Source: Tubulanus polymorphus
Lineage: Eukaryota > Animalia > Nemertea
DNA: 64,000 nt
Direction: 5' to 3'
NCBI RefSeq assembly: GCF_964204645.1
Contig: NC_134026.1
Coordinates: forward strand, 4,115,950-4,179,949
The position numbers were made by a program, and so were the translations under genes. Numbering within the stretch: the stretch's first letter is position 1; each line of letters starts with the position of its first letter. The notes under the pieces were generated by a model. That model ran no database searches and was not told where the DNA came from. It was given only the letters and a program-made list of their open reading frames with translations. This document shows, one piece after another, positions 1-13,734 of the stretch.

Positions 1-504
1 TAGCTAAATGAATAACCAAACGCCCGCGAACACCTAAAAACCCTACGTGCATTGCCAGCGCATCGTGTCGTGAGTTGAATTTAAAATGTATCGCTATCGT
101 ATGATTTTAATAAACTTCGTATTCTGTGAACAATTAATTCTTCGCACGTACGACCACACCCATAGCAATCTTCGCCGATCGGATTACCGTTTTTAGAACG
201 TTCGCTGGCGTTTCAACTCGTATTACAAAGGAAACTGTCTAACTTGTCTAGATTGTATTGATGGCGTAAGTGACACACACTCAAAAATCCATCACTGAAA
301 AGACATGAAAGTTAATCATATAGAATGTACACGTCATGAAATATATTTAGATACAAAATTAACGGCAAAATTCACAAGTTTGATTGTTAATTCGAAACGC
401 CAATATTGATGATGTAGTGCACATCGACTCACACCCCCAGTACTAACTCACACGGTACCCCGGTTACGGTTTCTACGGCGTCATTGAATGCCACACAATT
501 CGAA

Positions 505-550
505 GTTTAGGAGAAAGATCCGTAGACGTTTAGGAGAAAGATTCGTAGAC
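505..550. repeat. Two-copy 23-bp tandem duplication
   Basis: GTTTAGGAGAAAGATCCGTAGAC is followed immediately by GTTTAGGAGAAAGATTCGTAGAC (1 mismatch). Confidence 0.85.
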
Positions 551-3351
551 GTATAACACGTCCATGGTTTATGTAACTACAAAATCGCAAGGAATAGATA
601 TGACGTTTCAAGGCGATTACTAATAACTGCAATCAAACTTCTGCGTATCTTTTATTAGATTGCCATAAATAGAAGTGAAACGAAGACAATCAACTATAGT
701 AATTATCATCTCAAAGGCGTTTGGCATTTTGGGAAATCAACGTTCTACTGGTGCAAACGCAATCTTCCTTGCACATAAAACATGTCGTAATTCCTGACTT
801 AACGGCCGCATTTTATGTCAGCAAAACGCCTTTTAATTCTGCGACTCTTATCGCTTGTGCAGTTGATACAAGTTGGTCAAGTCGCCAACTAGTCTACCTA
901 TTGCTTTTAATGGCTAGCCGAGACGGTGATATGGATAAAAGTTCTCACCAGATCAATAGATAAGCAAGTTATGTAGAACTGACTTCATAGTCAGCTCGTC
1001 AGTTTTCCGGTACTGCCAAGACCACATTGTAGAGACACAAAACCGTATCGCAATCTTTATGGCAAGGAAAATTGGCCATGAGCAAAATGAAAGCCTACGA
1101 TTCTCAATTAACTCGATGAATCTCTTCAATACCTCACTCATCCTATCTTAATTGAGAATCAATAGGTAGTTATGGGCATCGTGTAGACCAGTGAAATACG
1201 CTAAGATCCCGACTGCTGCCAGTGTAAGACAGCTACGGCTACTGATTATGATATATTGTGATGGAATACCCCAAATAGGCATACAAAAGGAGCTAAGGTT
1301 CAAAATCATTAATTCGTTAGCTTATTTTCAGTTGACAAAACACTCAGCCAGATGATGGATGAATTTATCAGATAAATGACTTACAAGTGACTTAAGATTT
1401 TCCACGCGGAGTCATTAGGACTGTTTCTCATCTGACTTGGTGACCGACGTTTTTGACGATGACAATAACAACTCAGGCGCCAGGTTAGATTATCTAAGAA
1501 CTTTGGAGACGTTGACGATGATTTTCAGCAGGAAAAAACGGGCGAAAGCTTCATCTTATTCATGGCTTCTTATCGCAATATGGAAATGTGTCGCAAACGG
1601 CCGCAATTGCCAACGGACTTAAAGGATTTGAAAATTGCCCCGGCCATTCGCGGCCAGCGCATTTAAAAGCAAACTAATTACAAAACTGTGAATTTTAATC
1701 ATGCATTTCACAGATGACTAGGCGTTCAATTTCCTGCTAACGCGAAAAATTGTGACACTGGTGATTTGAAAAAAAATAGTCTCCGATTGAAGCACGTTTA
1801 CCAGCGTAACGCGCGTACCTTCAAATCTGATCAGCAAATATCGTCTGATGACAAAGACTCGCCGTAAAAAAGAAGAACCTGCAGCACAATAGGAGTAATT
1901 TGGCTAATATAATTCCGAAGTATCACCCTTTGATCAAGTAATAATACTAAACTGACTCTTTGATCAATTTTCTGAAGAAACCTCCACACAATGTCATTAG
2001 CGAGTTACTTTTATGTTATTACGCCGAAATTAGTAACTCAACTTTCTTATCATAGTTTTGATATCTTCTGTTTAATGTTTCAGGATTTTCTTCGCTTTTG
2101 TGTGTGGTTAGAAATTACAGTCCGGGTCGTATGAAATGATAACAAAAAATAATACTACGCATTTTAAGGCGTTCTTCCGCGATCTTGAAAGGACTTTCAA
2201 GCGAGAAATGATTAAACTTTTTTCAGAACTCATGCCTGAAACTCGTATTAGCTGCCAGAAATAGGTTTGGGTTTTTAACGAATGTCTAGCAATATATGAC
2301 AAAACGTATTTTCTACGCTATCTATTATATGGCAGGAACATGTTCATCAAATATCTTAAAATCTCAATTCAACAGAACGAAAAACAGAAAACAAATTCAC
2401 AATCTCAGAGAGATACACTATTTCATTGTAGGAATCGATATATCCAACGAGTAGCTAAGTTAGATAAATAGCCCCCGCCTTGGAATACCCGATGAAGCAC
2501 GCGAGTAACACTTGGTAGAAATTGTAATCACTAATCTACATCTACGGATTATGTGACTTCGTGGAATTCAAAGTTTTTTACTCCATACTTTTACCAAAAG
2601 AAATCGAGCACAGATAATTATTCACATTTTACATCTAACATATTTTCATATATGTCAAGCGACCGAAGAGATGACCGGAGCAAAAATATTCGCAGAGCAC
2701 TATACAGACACATTCATTGGCAGAGATGTAGAAATACTGCCATGCTTTAAAGAAATACGTGTGCTCCATAATCCTTATTAATGCGTGTGGTATTATAGCA
2801 GTTTACTTGCTTCTTTCATATACCGTTTCTAGTACTTTCCGTGTTAAAAAGTGTCTGATGAATATAGATTAAAGTGGATTTTATTAATAGTTTATTTCAG
2901 TATCTTGAAATGATCCACAGATATTACCGTTTGTGGATTGCGACGTTTTCAGCCATTTATAGGCGCACGAAATCCATTTTTGCATCTTTTTCAAAACGTA
3001 GTTCAATGCAGTGAAAAATACGAATCCCCGGGACGATGTTATTATACGTATATCAATATATAATGAAAATAGTAGATGCTATGAAACTAGTTCTTTACTT
3101 ATTTTGAAAAGTTTTTGTTATACAATCATGCTCGTGTACAACTAATACATATATAGATGTAACATAGATATATATTTTTCTCTTGAAGTACGGCCATTCA
3201 TTTTTAATTCAAAGCTCCTTCGCTGCGGCTCCGATATAAGCTGAAGCTCGCGTTCGTTGCTTTTGTTAGCGCTTGAAAACCGAATGTGTGTACCGCATCC
3301 ATAATGATATCGTTTCGGGCTCTAAAAAATCAAAACAATGATGTATAGCGC

Positions 3352-3385
<34 letters not shown>

Positions 3386-5985
3386 ACTTTCCCGATACGT
3401 CAAAAATCCAATAGCGGTATAGATTTCGAGTACCTCGTGAAACCTCTCAGCGCGTTTTTCATTTCATTGCTTTGCCGCGCGCGGTGAAGGTACAATTCAA
3501 ATTTCTACATCTCTTACGAATATATCATTAACACCATCCGCCCGCGTGGCGTGTAATTCAATCACGTCGTGCATATCGATGTCGATACTTGGTAAACATC
3601 TTTCAAAAGCATATCAATCTAGTTTTACCATCGATAAAAAGTAATATTGGTAATATACATATATACGACGTATTTCTTTGATCATTCAGAAAACGCTATG
3701 ATATTTAGAATTTGTCGTGTTTGTGTCCATGAGTGATGTATGATATAGGGGATATATGCGTCGTATAAACCGTATAAATTCATAACGAACTTTGAGTCTT
3801 CCGATGACGGCGAATCTTGCATACATATACATATATATATGTACATATTCACACATCCGAGAACAAACATATCGTTAGTATCCACTCAGGATGGTTTCAT
3901 TGATTTATGTCGTACTTCGTTTTGTTTGCTTGTCCGGGTAGTTATAGCGAGGTGTTTGTGGCTAACTGATCTCTCCGCATATATACATCGCCGCCGCCGT
4001 GAAGATTCATGATTATTTGTATTTAATCCTGATTTCATATATGTGATAGATATGAGCAATTAACCGCTACTGTCATTTGGTTTCCCTGCCAAGCTACACA
4101 TGCGATACAAGAAAACTAACTTGAAAGTCTATTGACGGCTTGAAAATTGTACATATACTGTTTATTGCTTAACATTATCAACAATAAATAATAAGTATGA
4201 TATAATGTTTGGATCAAGTCAAATTGAATTTGAATATACCGACAATTGAATTGAATTGACCGGTAACCAGTCTAACCGGGCTAGACTATTTCCTTCATCT
4301 ATTAATGGGCGGTTGTGTTGCCGGCGACTGGAAGACCTCTTTACACTACGTCGACTTGAATAATAGGAAAATCTGCCATTAATATCGTAATTCAAGCAAT
4401 CCAAGAACGGCTCAGTCGGGGTCATAAAATATAGAGATGCGCCTGTATCGTTTGAGAGTGTATCACCCACGCCCTGAACCGACAAGTCAATAGTGATAAA
4501 ATACCGCGCCTGAGTGCGACGTGAACACGCAAATAAAGTTTCGAATCGTCGCTTCGTTTTAATCAGATTGTCATGTACTGGCAAAATAAGCCGTTCTTTA
4601 ATTTCAATAATTTACCTCGCTATGTGTTTTTACGGGCACAATAACGTCCATCGTCGCACCGTAGCCATTTTGTGACGAAGATGGATCTCACTCGAGATAA
4701 CTCGCCAAATTTAGCCACTATATTCTGCCTGGATGAAATCTAATTCATTCAAAGGTTTTTTTCCTGAATTGCATTTTATCTATCTGGCGTCTGCCGCAGA
4801 ATACATGATGGATGTAATTGAATTAATTCGCCCTTTTAATCAACGGTTTAATCACCGTTAGTGTATTTTTCTTGTTGTGTGACATTTTGCTTTAAACGAC
4901 CATCGATAAGGCTCATTGTATGTATGAATAAATTTACCCTCCGGGGGGTAAGCGAAGGGAGAAATCAAGGAAAACACTTGAAAATATGTGTTTAGAATAT
5001 TCTAAGGGGTATATATGACTATTCTAATGTGTCGGGAGACATTGTGATGATCGGGGTCTGCTACCTTTAAAGGCCAGAGGGTTTCATTTCTTGTAGTAGC
5101 TCTCGAAAGATCGGAAATATTTGCGCCGTAGTCTTATATTAATCAATTCCACTCCCCCAAGGCCTAAACCCTGTAAACATGACCAGTGTTATACATAGAT
5201 ACGTATCGTTTATTGCTTCGCGCCTATCAAATCAGGGATGTGTAATGATTAGCCCGACCGGTGGCCTAAACAAGATGATAATGACAAATCGAGTAAATGA
5301 CATTGCCGTGCGTTAGACAACGTACCTCCCCTTGAGCCTGTTGATCGTTTGTGTCCGTACTCGGAAAAAAGAAATAAAGGCTTGACAGAAATGATGATTG
5401 TGGTATGTTATTGCGGATTGTGTCGACGAACTAAATAAGCCATATGATGTTGTTCACGGCATTCTCGGCCGCCGTAATCCAGTCGAATTTTCATGCCGTG
5501 TTAACCGGTTTTCTGGGAATATGTATAATTATATACCATTTTATGCACCTTCCGATCGCACTTTCGCCGGAATAACGACTTCTTAAAATGTATCGTGACA
5601 TTTTCGGTTGATTTATTTTCATAAATCCTCACATTGCTTCCTCTTATCATCCGGCATTAAACAGTGACGTCAGTCGGCACTGGACGTTCGAATAACGAGG
5701 GTGATAAATACAAATCGTTCGCCCTGGATAGTTTACATTCCAATATATTTTACACGAATAAAAAGAAGCTAATCCTAACGACGATTCTGGTCAATTTTTC
5801 ACGTCAGAATGCTGAAAGCCTTATCGGGAAATCACTCTCGTCAGACACTTCGTTAAACTGACTGATACTGATTTGATTTATTCAAATGTAATCAAATGTT
5901 AAACGTGGTACAGGTTGAATGTGGTCAAAATGCGGTATAGCATCTAATTAAAAAAGCATTTAATTTAACTTAATACTATTTAATG

Positions 5986-6140
<155 letters not shown>

Positions 6141-9100
6141 TCAGGGTTTTTGGGCTTGTCCATTTGGTTCTTTCGGCTGAGGAGACGAAACATTCTAAGA
6201 TTATATGCATCCCGTGTTACATTAGTTGCATAACTCAAGTGTCATTTGTTCTACTGTTTCGACCGGGAGACTGTAATAGCTACGCCGAAATCTAATACGC
6301 GTTAAATGCTAGAATTCCAGCAATAGTACGGTTCTAGGATAAAAACTATTCCCCTCTCAAGATATTCGATTGAACTTTCATAGCAAATCTGTACGCCGAT
6401 ATTTGGTTCATTGTGTAGTAAAGTCTTTCCGATGATGAGTTTTATTTGCTGAATATTTTTTCTTCGCATGAATAACCCACAAAAACGTTGTCGGCAAATT
6501 TTTCGATTTTGAACCGACGAACTATAATGTAAATCAGCTCTTGAAAACAAAACGATAGAAGGTTAAGAGAACCCGGATAACTGTATTCCTCTCGTTAATC
6601 TAGACGACGAACCGGGCGTTTTCAACCTGAAACTCGAATTCTTGAAAGGATTCGCTACCGTTGTCGAATTGGTACATGTACTTCTCCTTTCAAATTGAAT
6701 TCATTAGAACAACGATGACATAAACCCAATCTTGTTTTGATTTAGATGACATCTCCTTTCAATTCGTTTATACACGCGCCACATCATAAAAACGTAGCGT
6801 AGAACGCTGTTTGTTTTAATCTACTGTCGACATCTCTGTCGAGAAGTTTTTTTGATAGTGGTCGTAAAAAAAAACTTTATTAAAGGTATCATGTTTGTTC
6901 GTCGAGGATTTTAAAAGAGGCAACTCATCATCGATATCTCGTTATACCGTGAACATGTCAGGCATATCATCACTGATGGTTACACGATATGAAGTTATTG
7001 TAGCAAATATCCGGCCGGTTGTTTTCTACTTTGTTGCGGCGCCGAGCATTATTTTCGACTTACTGGCCATTTTATAGCGTACACAGCGGAGATAACAGTA
7101 CGAGAAACGCGCATTAAATCTGCGCTTAAGTTGGATACGGTTACCATATAAGAATACCATATGGCCTTTTATCCGCATTATCGTTCTTGGCAAACCAATT
7201 AAAGCAGAAACTCCGGTGGAAACGTGCTTTTTGAAGTTTTTGGAAGCACGATTTCGTTGATTTTCGTACATTTTGTCAATCAAGCGATATCCTCTGATCG
7301 ACTTATATACGACATTTTTGATTGGCGTGATCAATAATAGAAAAAACTGCCTTGCTGAGTATCACGCGATGTATTTTGATTATTTAAGGGCCGCTCCTAA
7401 TACCCGGCGTTTTATATACCCATCAGCTAGTCAATGCGTACACATGGACGCAAGACAGCAAAGCAAAAAATCTAATCATGGATTAAATCCAAAAACATCG
7501 AACCCGCTGTCAACAAAACTCAACCGATCAAACCAAAAACGACATATTTATTGGAGATATCGACATTTTTGTCAACGGTTATATCCGGAATAATAGTGCC
7601 GTACAACCAATTAAAAAGTAAACTGACAAGTCTTTTATGCGAATGATTGTCAGCCGCTGACAAACAGCGTCGGCCATGAAACCAGCAAAAAGCGATGCCC
7701 GTCTGGCGTACGCCGCAAGAGTTTGCATTCTCTCTGGTCAGATATCCAGTTTCGAATTTGAATTTGAGTTAGTTCTGGAATCATCTTACATCTGTCGCCC
7801 TCGGATTTCACGTAATATATTTTCCTCGAATTGGATTCCAATAATATGTTGGAAAAGCCGAGAGTTTAAAATATGGTTTGTAGACGTTGCTGCTAATTGG
7901 ATGATTCGAATATTTTGAAGAACGTATGTCCGTCCGTTTCAATAGTGACACCCACAAGAAAATCAATTCACAGAAATGTATCCACCTATCAAATGATCAA
8001 ATACTGCATTAAACATTTATCAAAGCAGGCCTTTTTGCAGACGAATTTATAATAAATTTAGATGTATTCAATTGATCTTATATCATTGTCAATTCATGAA
8101 ACGGAAACGGATACAAATAAAGATTAGTCGTAGGCTTCGATGCTCTTTAATCATCTTAATCAATATCATATCACCGATATCGGCTCCTTCCCAGATAGCG
8201 AAACTGTGAGCCCGTGAAATGCGTTAAAGAAACGTTCAAAAAATAAAACGAAATCTACCAATCAAATAGATATCGATCGATCTATTTTAGGTTCAGAGAA
8301 ACGTTAGTTTTGCTCTATAATCTATATCATGATGCCAACCCTTTCTTCATTTGAATCCGATACCCATATCTTAGACGATGACATTTAGATCACATGTGAA
8401 TTAAGCACATTTCCATGCGACATAAACAACAATATAGTCTTCGCACACCAAACTTGTCTTCGCCGTTTACAGATCTTTTGATCAGCGTCTAATAACGCTT
8501 CTTTGATCGAAATTTCGTTTATTTGTCTCTGGAAGACACGAAAATGATTTGCATGTCTCGGAAGAACGTTCGCTGTCCATGAGCAGGCCAGAAAAAAGAA
8601 CAAGAATCATTACGCGTTCTACGTAACCGATAAGATACGTAAACTTTACTATTGAAATCCATCAATATAGTAACACTCTCAACTGAAATAATCTAATTCT
8701 CTAGTTATCAACGGATTTCATAAGCGTCGCCTTTTACCTAACAGACTGAAATATCACCTCATGCTTTACAATACTCGCTAACGATTGCAGAATACATATT
8801 CCCCTTTGTAAGTTATATCATTTTGCCGGATACTCAAGTAAGTACTCATTCACGACTTACACATTCGTATGTATTTCTCACGTGGCCAAGACTAATGGGC
8901 ATTTGAAGCACGTACATCTAGAGACAATTTACCCGGAACTATCCAGTATGTAAAACAAGAAAACGAAGGGAAACTATTCGGTATCACTTCAATCACTTCA
9001 TGGTCACCTTTTTCAATTTTTGTTGGATACGAGGAAGCTCGTGCACGCGTTTTGTTTCTTTTTCGGTCGAACACCACGGCGACTCGCTGATTGATGTTGC

Positions 9101-10959
9101 GTTCGACCAGCGAATATTGGATTAATGGTAGACCACACCATGGATCCCTGCAACAAGACTCTATCGCCGCACAGTAGCCTGCTGACTAATAACCCCGCTC
9201 GCACGTGCCCGATAATGCCGGTCGCCAAATATCACATTAAATTAATGAACCGTCAGATTTTCTCATTTATCAGGTTCTGATTCAGCTAATTAACTTCTTC
9301 CATGGCAATTTCATCATCCGCTTGGTGGGAGAAATGTAGACCAGGGGCGGAAAGTGTAGGTGGCTGTCGGGGATGATATTCGCGAGGACAAACCCGAAAG
9401 TGCGTTTCGAATCTGAGTCAAAGTTCGTCGCAGAAAGGCGATCTCGGCGCAACAGCCGAAATTGGTATACTTAATGACGGGTATTATCGTTTTATCCAAT
9501 ACGAACGGGAATCACGTTCTAATCAATGACCAGCAGACCACCAAAGTCACTGATTACACGACCGTACGAAATCGACGAAGAACTAGTCCTTTGATCTTGT
9601 ATAAAAAAGAAAAGTCCGATCCCGGTATGAATTACTGATGATGCGTACCACGAATTCGTGTGTGCCTGAGTTGCATGAAGGTTTGTGTCGTATGGGAGGA
9701 AAATCAAGCACCGTAGAAATACACCGTAGCGAGCAAATTGAAATGATATGATAAACTTTAGGCAAACTCCGAGGTATAATCTAAACAAAAATCTACCAGT
9801 ATTCGTTTTTTTCAAACTTTAAATAGCGATGCTTAGGTTCGTGTTTCTTTTTACGAATCGTAAACATCTATTGGAACCTTTGTAAGTTTGATTAACATTT
9901 GTACGAACCCGACTAATATGTCTTGCAACCTCTTAACATAATCGTTACATCTCAAAATGGATTTTTACTGTCTGGCACTGATATTGAGTCATTGACTGAA
10001 CTAGTACTCTGGAAGACTTTACTAATGCTTTATGTTCCAAGAATAAATAATTGACATAATGAAAGCATTCTCACAAAACCGTAGGAACCGAAGAACCACT
10101 TCTGATGCCGGCACGCACCACTTTGCTTAGGCAGTTGAGGGCAATACAATTAAACCATCGTCAGTCATACCGCACTCAACTGGTAGAATATTCACCCAAG
10201 TGACTGATAAACTATTATGAAGAGTAATTGAATTGTTGTAGTTTCTGCGACAATTACTAGTGCATTTAACAACATCAAAACGTGTGTGATGAAATGATTT
10301 TTCTATCCCAGACGCAAGCGATTTTAACCAATATTAGCTGCTGACGTAGACTGCACTAATCATATTGTAGACGGCACCCATGCGACCAGTTGCAAGCAAA
10401 CCGATCGCATCGCGTTGCAAGCAGTTGTGAGTCGACCAACGTCTGCCATGACGAATAGAAGATGATTATTGTCGTATCAACAGGACTTCCATAATTTGCG
10501 AGCTAACGATGCAAATTTGTTATATTTGATGATATTTGTTTGAAAAATGGGCTCGTTAGAAATTTCCATTTATCACGCGTTTTTATTAACGAAGATGGGG
10601 AAATTTATACACGTCTAACCAATTAGTGACGGTGGAGGTTTATGACGAGCGATACAAATCCGCCATCTATCCAATGACGATAAAAACACGAGAGCTTGAT
10701 GACCAAAAATGAGTGGATTTGTTCAACAGTCGTTACATGAGATTAACGAATGTCGTAGTGTAATAACCACTGATAGGAGTAGCGGTGGACTTTGGAAATG
10801 ATGAATACTTGTTTCCTTGGTAAAAATCAGTTCCTATAGAAACAACTGCTCCATGTGTCTAGTTTGGACTGGTAATTTTTGTCGAAAGGTAGGCTGTGGT
10901 AGGCTTTATATGTACATACTCTGTATTAAGATATTTTAACGTACATTGTCGTTTTTAAG

Positions 10960-11243
10960 GACATGGTACATGTGGCTATGTGTACCGCATGGGTGAAAAT
11001 GATAGAATTCCTTTGTTGAAGAAAAGAAGAAGGAAATCATCAAAAAGAACTAAAAAGACGAGTGAAAAAAATACCGAGGCATCACCGGAAGATGAAGAAC
11101 AAACGAACTGCGGATGTTTTGGATATCTGTTTCACACCATATGGAAACGGCTACGCCGAGCGTTTGACAAGAGAATCAAGAAGAAAATCGCCCGAAATGT
11201 GGCAAAGGAAGCAGTAATACGAGCAATGTATATGAAAAAGTAA
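10960..11243 (+). CDS. Possible terminal coding exon of a small basic protein of unknown function
   Basis: TTTTTAAG acceptor at ~10959, then an open frame GHGTCGYVYRMGENDRIPLLKKRRRK...CGCFG...MYMKK*. ATTAAA lies downstream (~11321). I could not join an in-frame upstream exon and recognise no domain. Confidence 0.3.
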
Positions 11244-11388
11244 AGTCACCACGCAGTTCTTTTGCATATCATGATTGAATAGAAGATTCATTAATTAATC
11301 ATTTATTGTCATACATACGCATTAAACTTGATTACAACGTTATTATAGCTTTAGATCGGTATAGACTTTTTGCGAGGTAGGATTCGTT

Positions 11389-12737
11389 CTAGCAACGCAT
11401 CATTCTTCGGATGTGAAACATTTCATTCACCGGCAAAATTCGGTTATAGTAGAGAATATCCGAGACGAATCCATCAAAGCCCGTACCTCCGACATAGGGC
11501 GGTGGAAGCTCGTGCAACGAAGTGTACATCGCTGGACCCTGGTCGCATTCGCGGCCAACGCAGAGGTACTCAACTTTCGTTTCATCGTCGTAACTCCACG
11601 CGATCAGATTTGTCACATCGATGGGCATATGAACGGATTTGCCGGACGATGATCGCAGGTTAATTATTAGTACCCGTCGTATAGACCTCGGGAGGGTTAT
11701 CTCGATTGTGCCAAGAAAGGAAATTCGCGCGATCCCCTGAAGGAACCGCTTTGAGAAGTTTGGCGCAGAGAACAAATGTAAATTTACCGGCCTCGTTCAC
11801 GGGTAACATAAGCCAAGGATCTCGCTCTGGGAACTTTGCTCTCAGTCGACCGTCCGCAGTCTCGAATTTAACTGATCCGTAAGCTGATGTACCAGTTACG
11901 TTCAGTTGCGTGTTGTTCAGCACTGTGCCATTGTAGAAGCACGCTTCAAATCGTCCATCTAATGGCCAAAATAGATTCGGTTTCGCCAATAGCCCTAAAA
12001 ATGAACGATCAACCACGTTAGCATGTGATCAGAGCCAGGTTGCGCAGTCGTGCAAAAACGGTCATAAATCTTATTAAGACTGGTCTAAAATTGTTAAGTT
12101 AGCTATAGAACCAAGATGTTCTTAGACTGATCTTAAAAGAACTATTGATGAAATAATTTCTGTGTTGTGACGATAGAAAATACAACACTAAGAATGAAAA
12201 TGGAGTCCGAAGTTTCGATCATTTAGCTAGTAGTTTATTTGACGTTTCGAGGATCTTCTAATATTCATCTTCGGGAGTACTGGAGGTAATCTACAGGAAT
12301 TCAGTATTCTGTATCAAAAAAAAACTACTATAGCTCGTGGAAGCATTTCTAGTCTTTCTTATTCTTAGCGTGAGACTCTCTGTAGGTCTAGTATAGTCTT
12401 AAGCCTTGACTGTGCAACTGGATCCAGGCTTCCACGTGGTTTCTTTCTTTTATGAACGAAAGTTGCAAATGAAATCTAGTTATTCGACCGATAAAATGAT
12501 ATGCGTTACGTTATTTCAGATTTCATCGTACATATTATTACCTGATATCGCTGAATGGTTATCGCAACGAGAATCTAATTTGCTAACTTTCATAGGCACG
12601 CCTTAAAAAGAGATATCGGTTCAGTTAACGGGATCGAGAATGGTTTGAAGAAGGTTTCTGTTATATTCTCTATAGAACTTACCATGTGCAAAAATAATGC
12701 AGCCAAATAACACGGTAATACAAGCCAACGACGTCAT
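11389..12737 (-). pseudogene. Secreted LamG/concanavalin-A-like (pentraxin-like) domain gene with one +1 frame disruption (pseudogene, null allele or assembly error)
   Basis: Exon 1, 12737-12683, encodes the signal peptide MTSLACITVLFGCIIFAH and ends in G|GTAAGT. Exon 2 starts at 11994 after CTAAC...TTTTTAG in matching phase 1 (GLLAKPNLFWPLDG...). That frame stops at 11660-11662. The +1 frame continues to YVGGTGFDGFVSDILYYNRILPVNEM...*, which resembles the LamG C-terminal FxGxIxDxxxYNRxL motif. Confidence 0.65.
12033..12424. mobile_element. Degenerate PIF/Harbinger-like MITE in the LamG-gene intron, containing a nested Penelope-like fragment
   Basis: Imperfect terminal inverted repeats (AGCCAGGTTGCGCAGTC / GACTGTGCAACTGGATC) with CAG on both sides. 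An internal minus-strand CCGAAGA...GAAACGTC motif lies at 12241-12274. Confidence 0.45.
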
Positions 12738-13570
12738 TTTCTGCGCAACTTGAACGAACCGATTAAAGTACATACTGAGCAACGAAGTAAACATCCTGTT
12801 TTTCAGTAGGACAAGATATTAATTTGTTTAGAAAAGCTTTTTTGCGACCTATGTATTTTTCTGAAATAGTCAATACGTCAAAATTCATCTCAAAACGGTT
12901 CAATTTTGAATCCAGTGAAAGTGGTAATCTTGATGCCACTGATTACTGGGATATTTTACCCAATAGAAGAAATAGCCACATTTGGTTGTACGCCACTGTC
13001 AGACTGGGTACCTGAGGTATACACATGTAATATAATTGGACTTCGGAAACGGCTGTAATGGATGCTGGTACACTCAAAATCGATTGACACGATTTTCTTA
13101 AAGGTAGCAGCGTCGTCTGCCATTTCGATTGCGCCACGGCACCGTTGAAGTCCCGCGCGGCTGCAACAAATGGTTTATCAAGTCTCGTGAGAGAATGAAT
13201 GTAAATTCACACAGGCCTCGTAGAGCGCTGTATCATTAAATAGGCCTAAGGGTTTTCGGTCGGCCATCTAGAGATTTCGAATGGAATTCTACCAAAAAAA
13301 AAAACTACCAGTAGATTGCCATTCAGTGGTGCACCGGGCTTACTCTATATGTTAATTAGCAACAACTGGAACATTGTGGGATGCATGATACAGGCTAAAA
13401 GCCCCCTCCCTACTACGAAACTAGAATATCAAGAATTTCGTGCTTTCGTGCTTTTGTGATATATCACTGCGTACTTGTATCGGCACACTAAAAGTAAGAA
13501 GTCCACTAAAACGTGATTCTTATAGAACGATAACCACACTCAAACGTGGTGAACGGATAATAAGATAAAA

Positions 13571-13734
13571 ACCCACTATCTACAGATTAAAAGAATTTAA
13601 AAACATCGTCAGAGATCATCGTCACACCTGACGATGATCTCTAGGGTGAGATCGAAACGTCCTGTCTTATATATATTTTAGATTGAATAAATAAATTCTT
13701 GTTTTTAAATTCTTTTAATCTGTAGATAGTGGGT
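13571..13734. mobile_element. Penelope-like element terminal repeat in inverted (palindromic) arrangement
   Basis: 35-bp perfect inverted arms ACCCACTATCTACAGATTAAAAGAATTTAAAAACA / TGTTTTTAAATTCTTTTAATCTGTAGATAGTGGGT, an inner hairpin AGAGATCATCGTCA-cacc-TGACGATGATCTCT, and a hammerhead core. A related AAAACCCACTATCTA motif recurs at ~31558. Confidence 0.65.
13628..13661 (+). ncRNA. Minimal type-I hammerhead ribozyme core (Penelope-associated)
   Basis: CTGACGA-T-GATCTC(tagggt)GAGATC-GAAACGTC: CUGANGA box, perfect 6-bp stem II, GAAA box, loopless palindromic stem III (ACGT) and a GUC cleavage triplet. Stem I pairing is poor in this copy. Confidence 0.65.
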
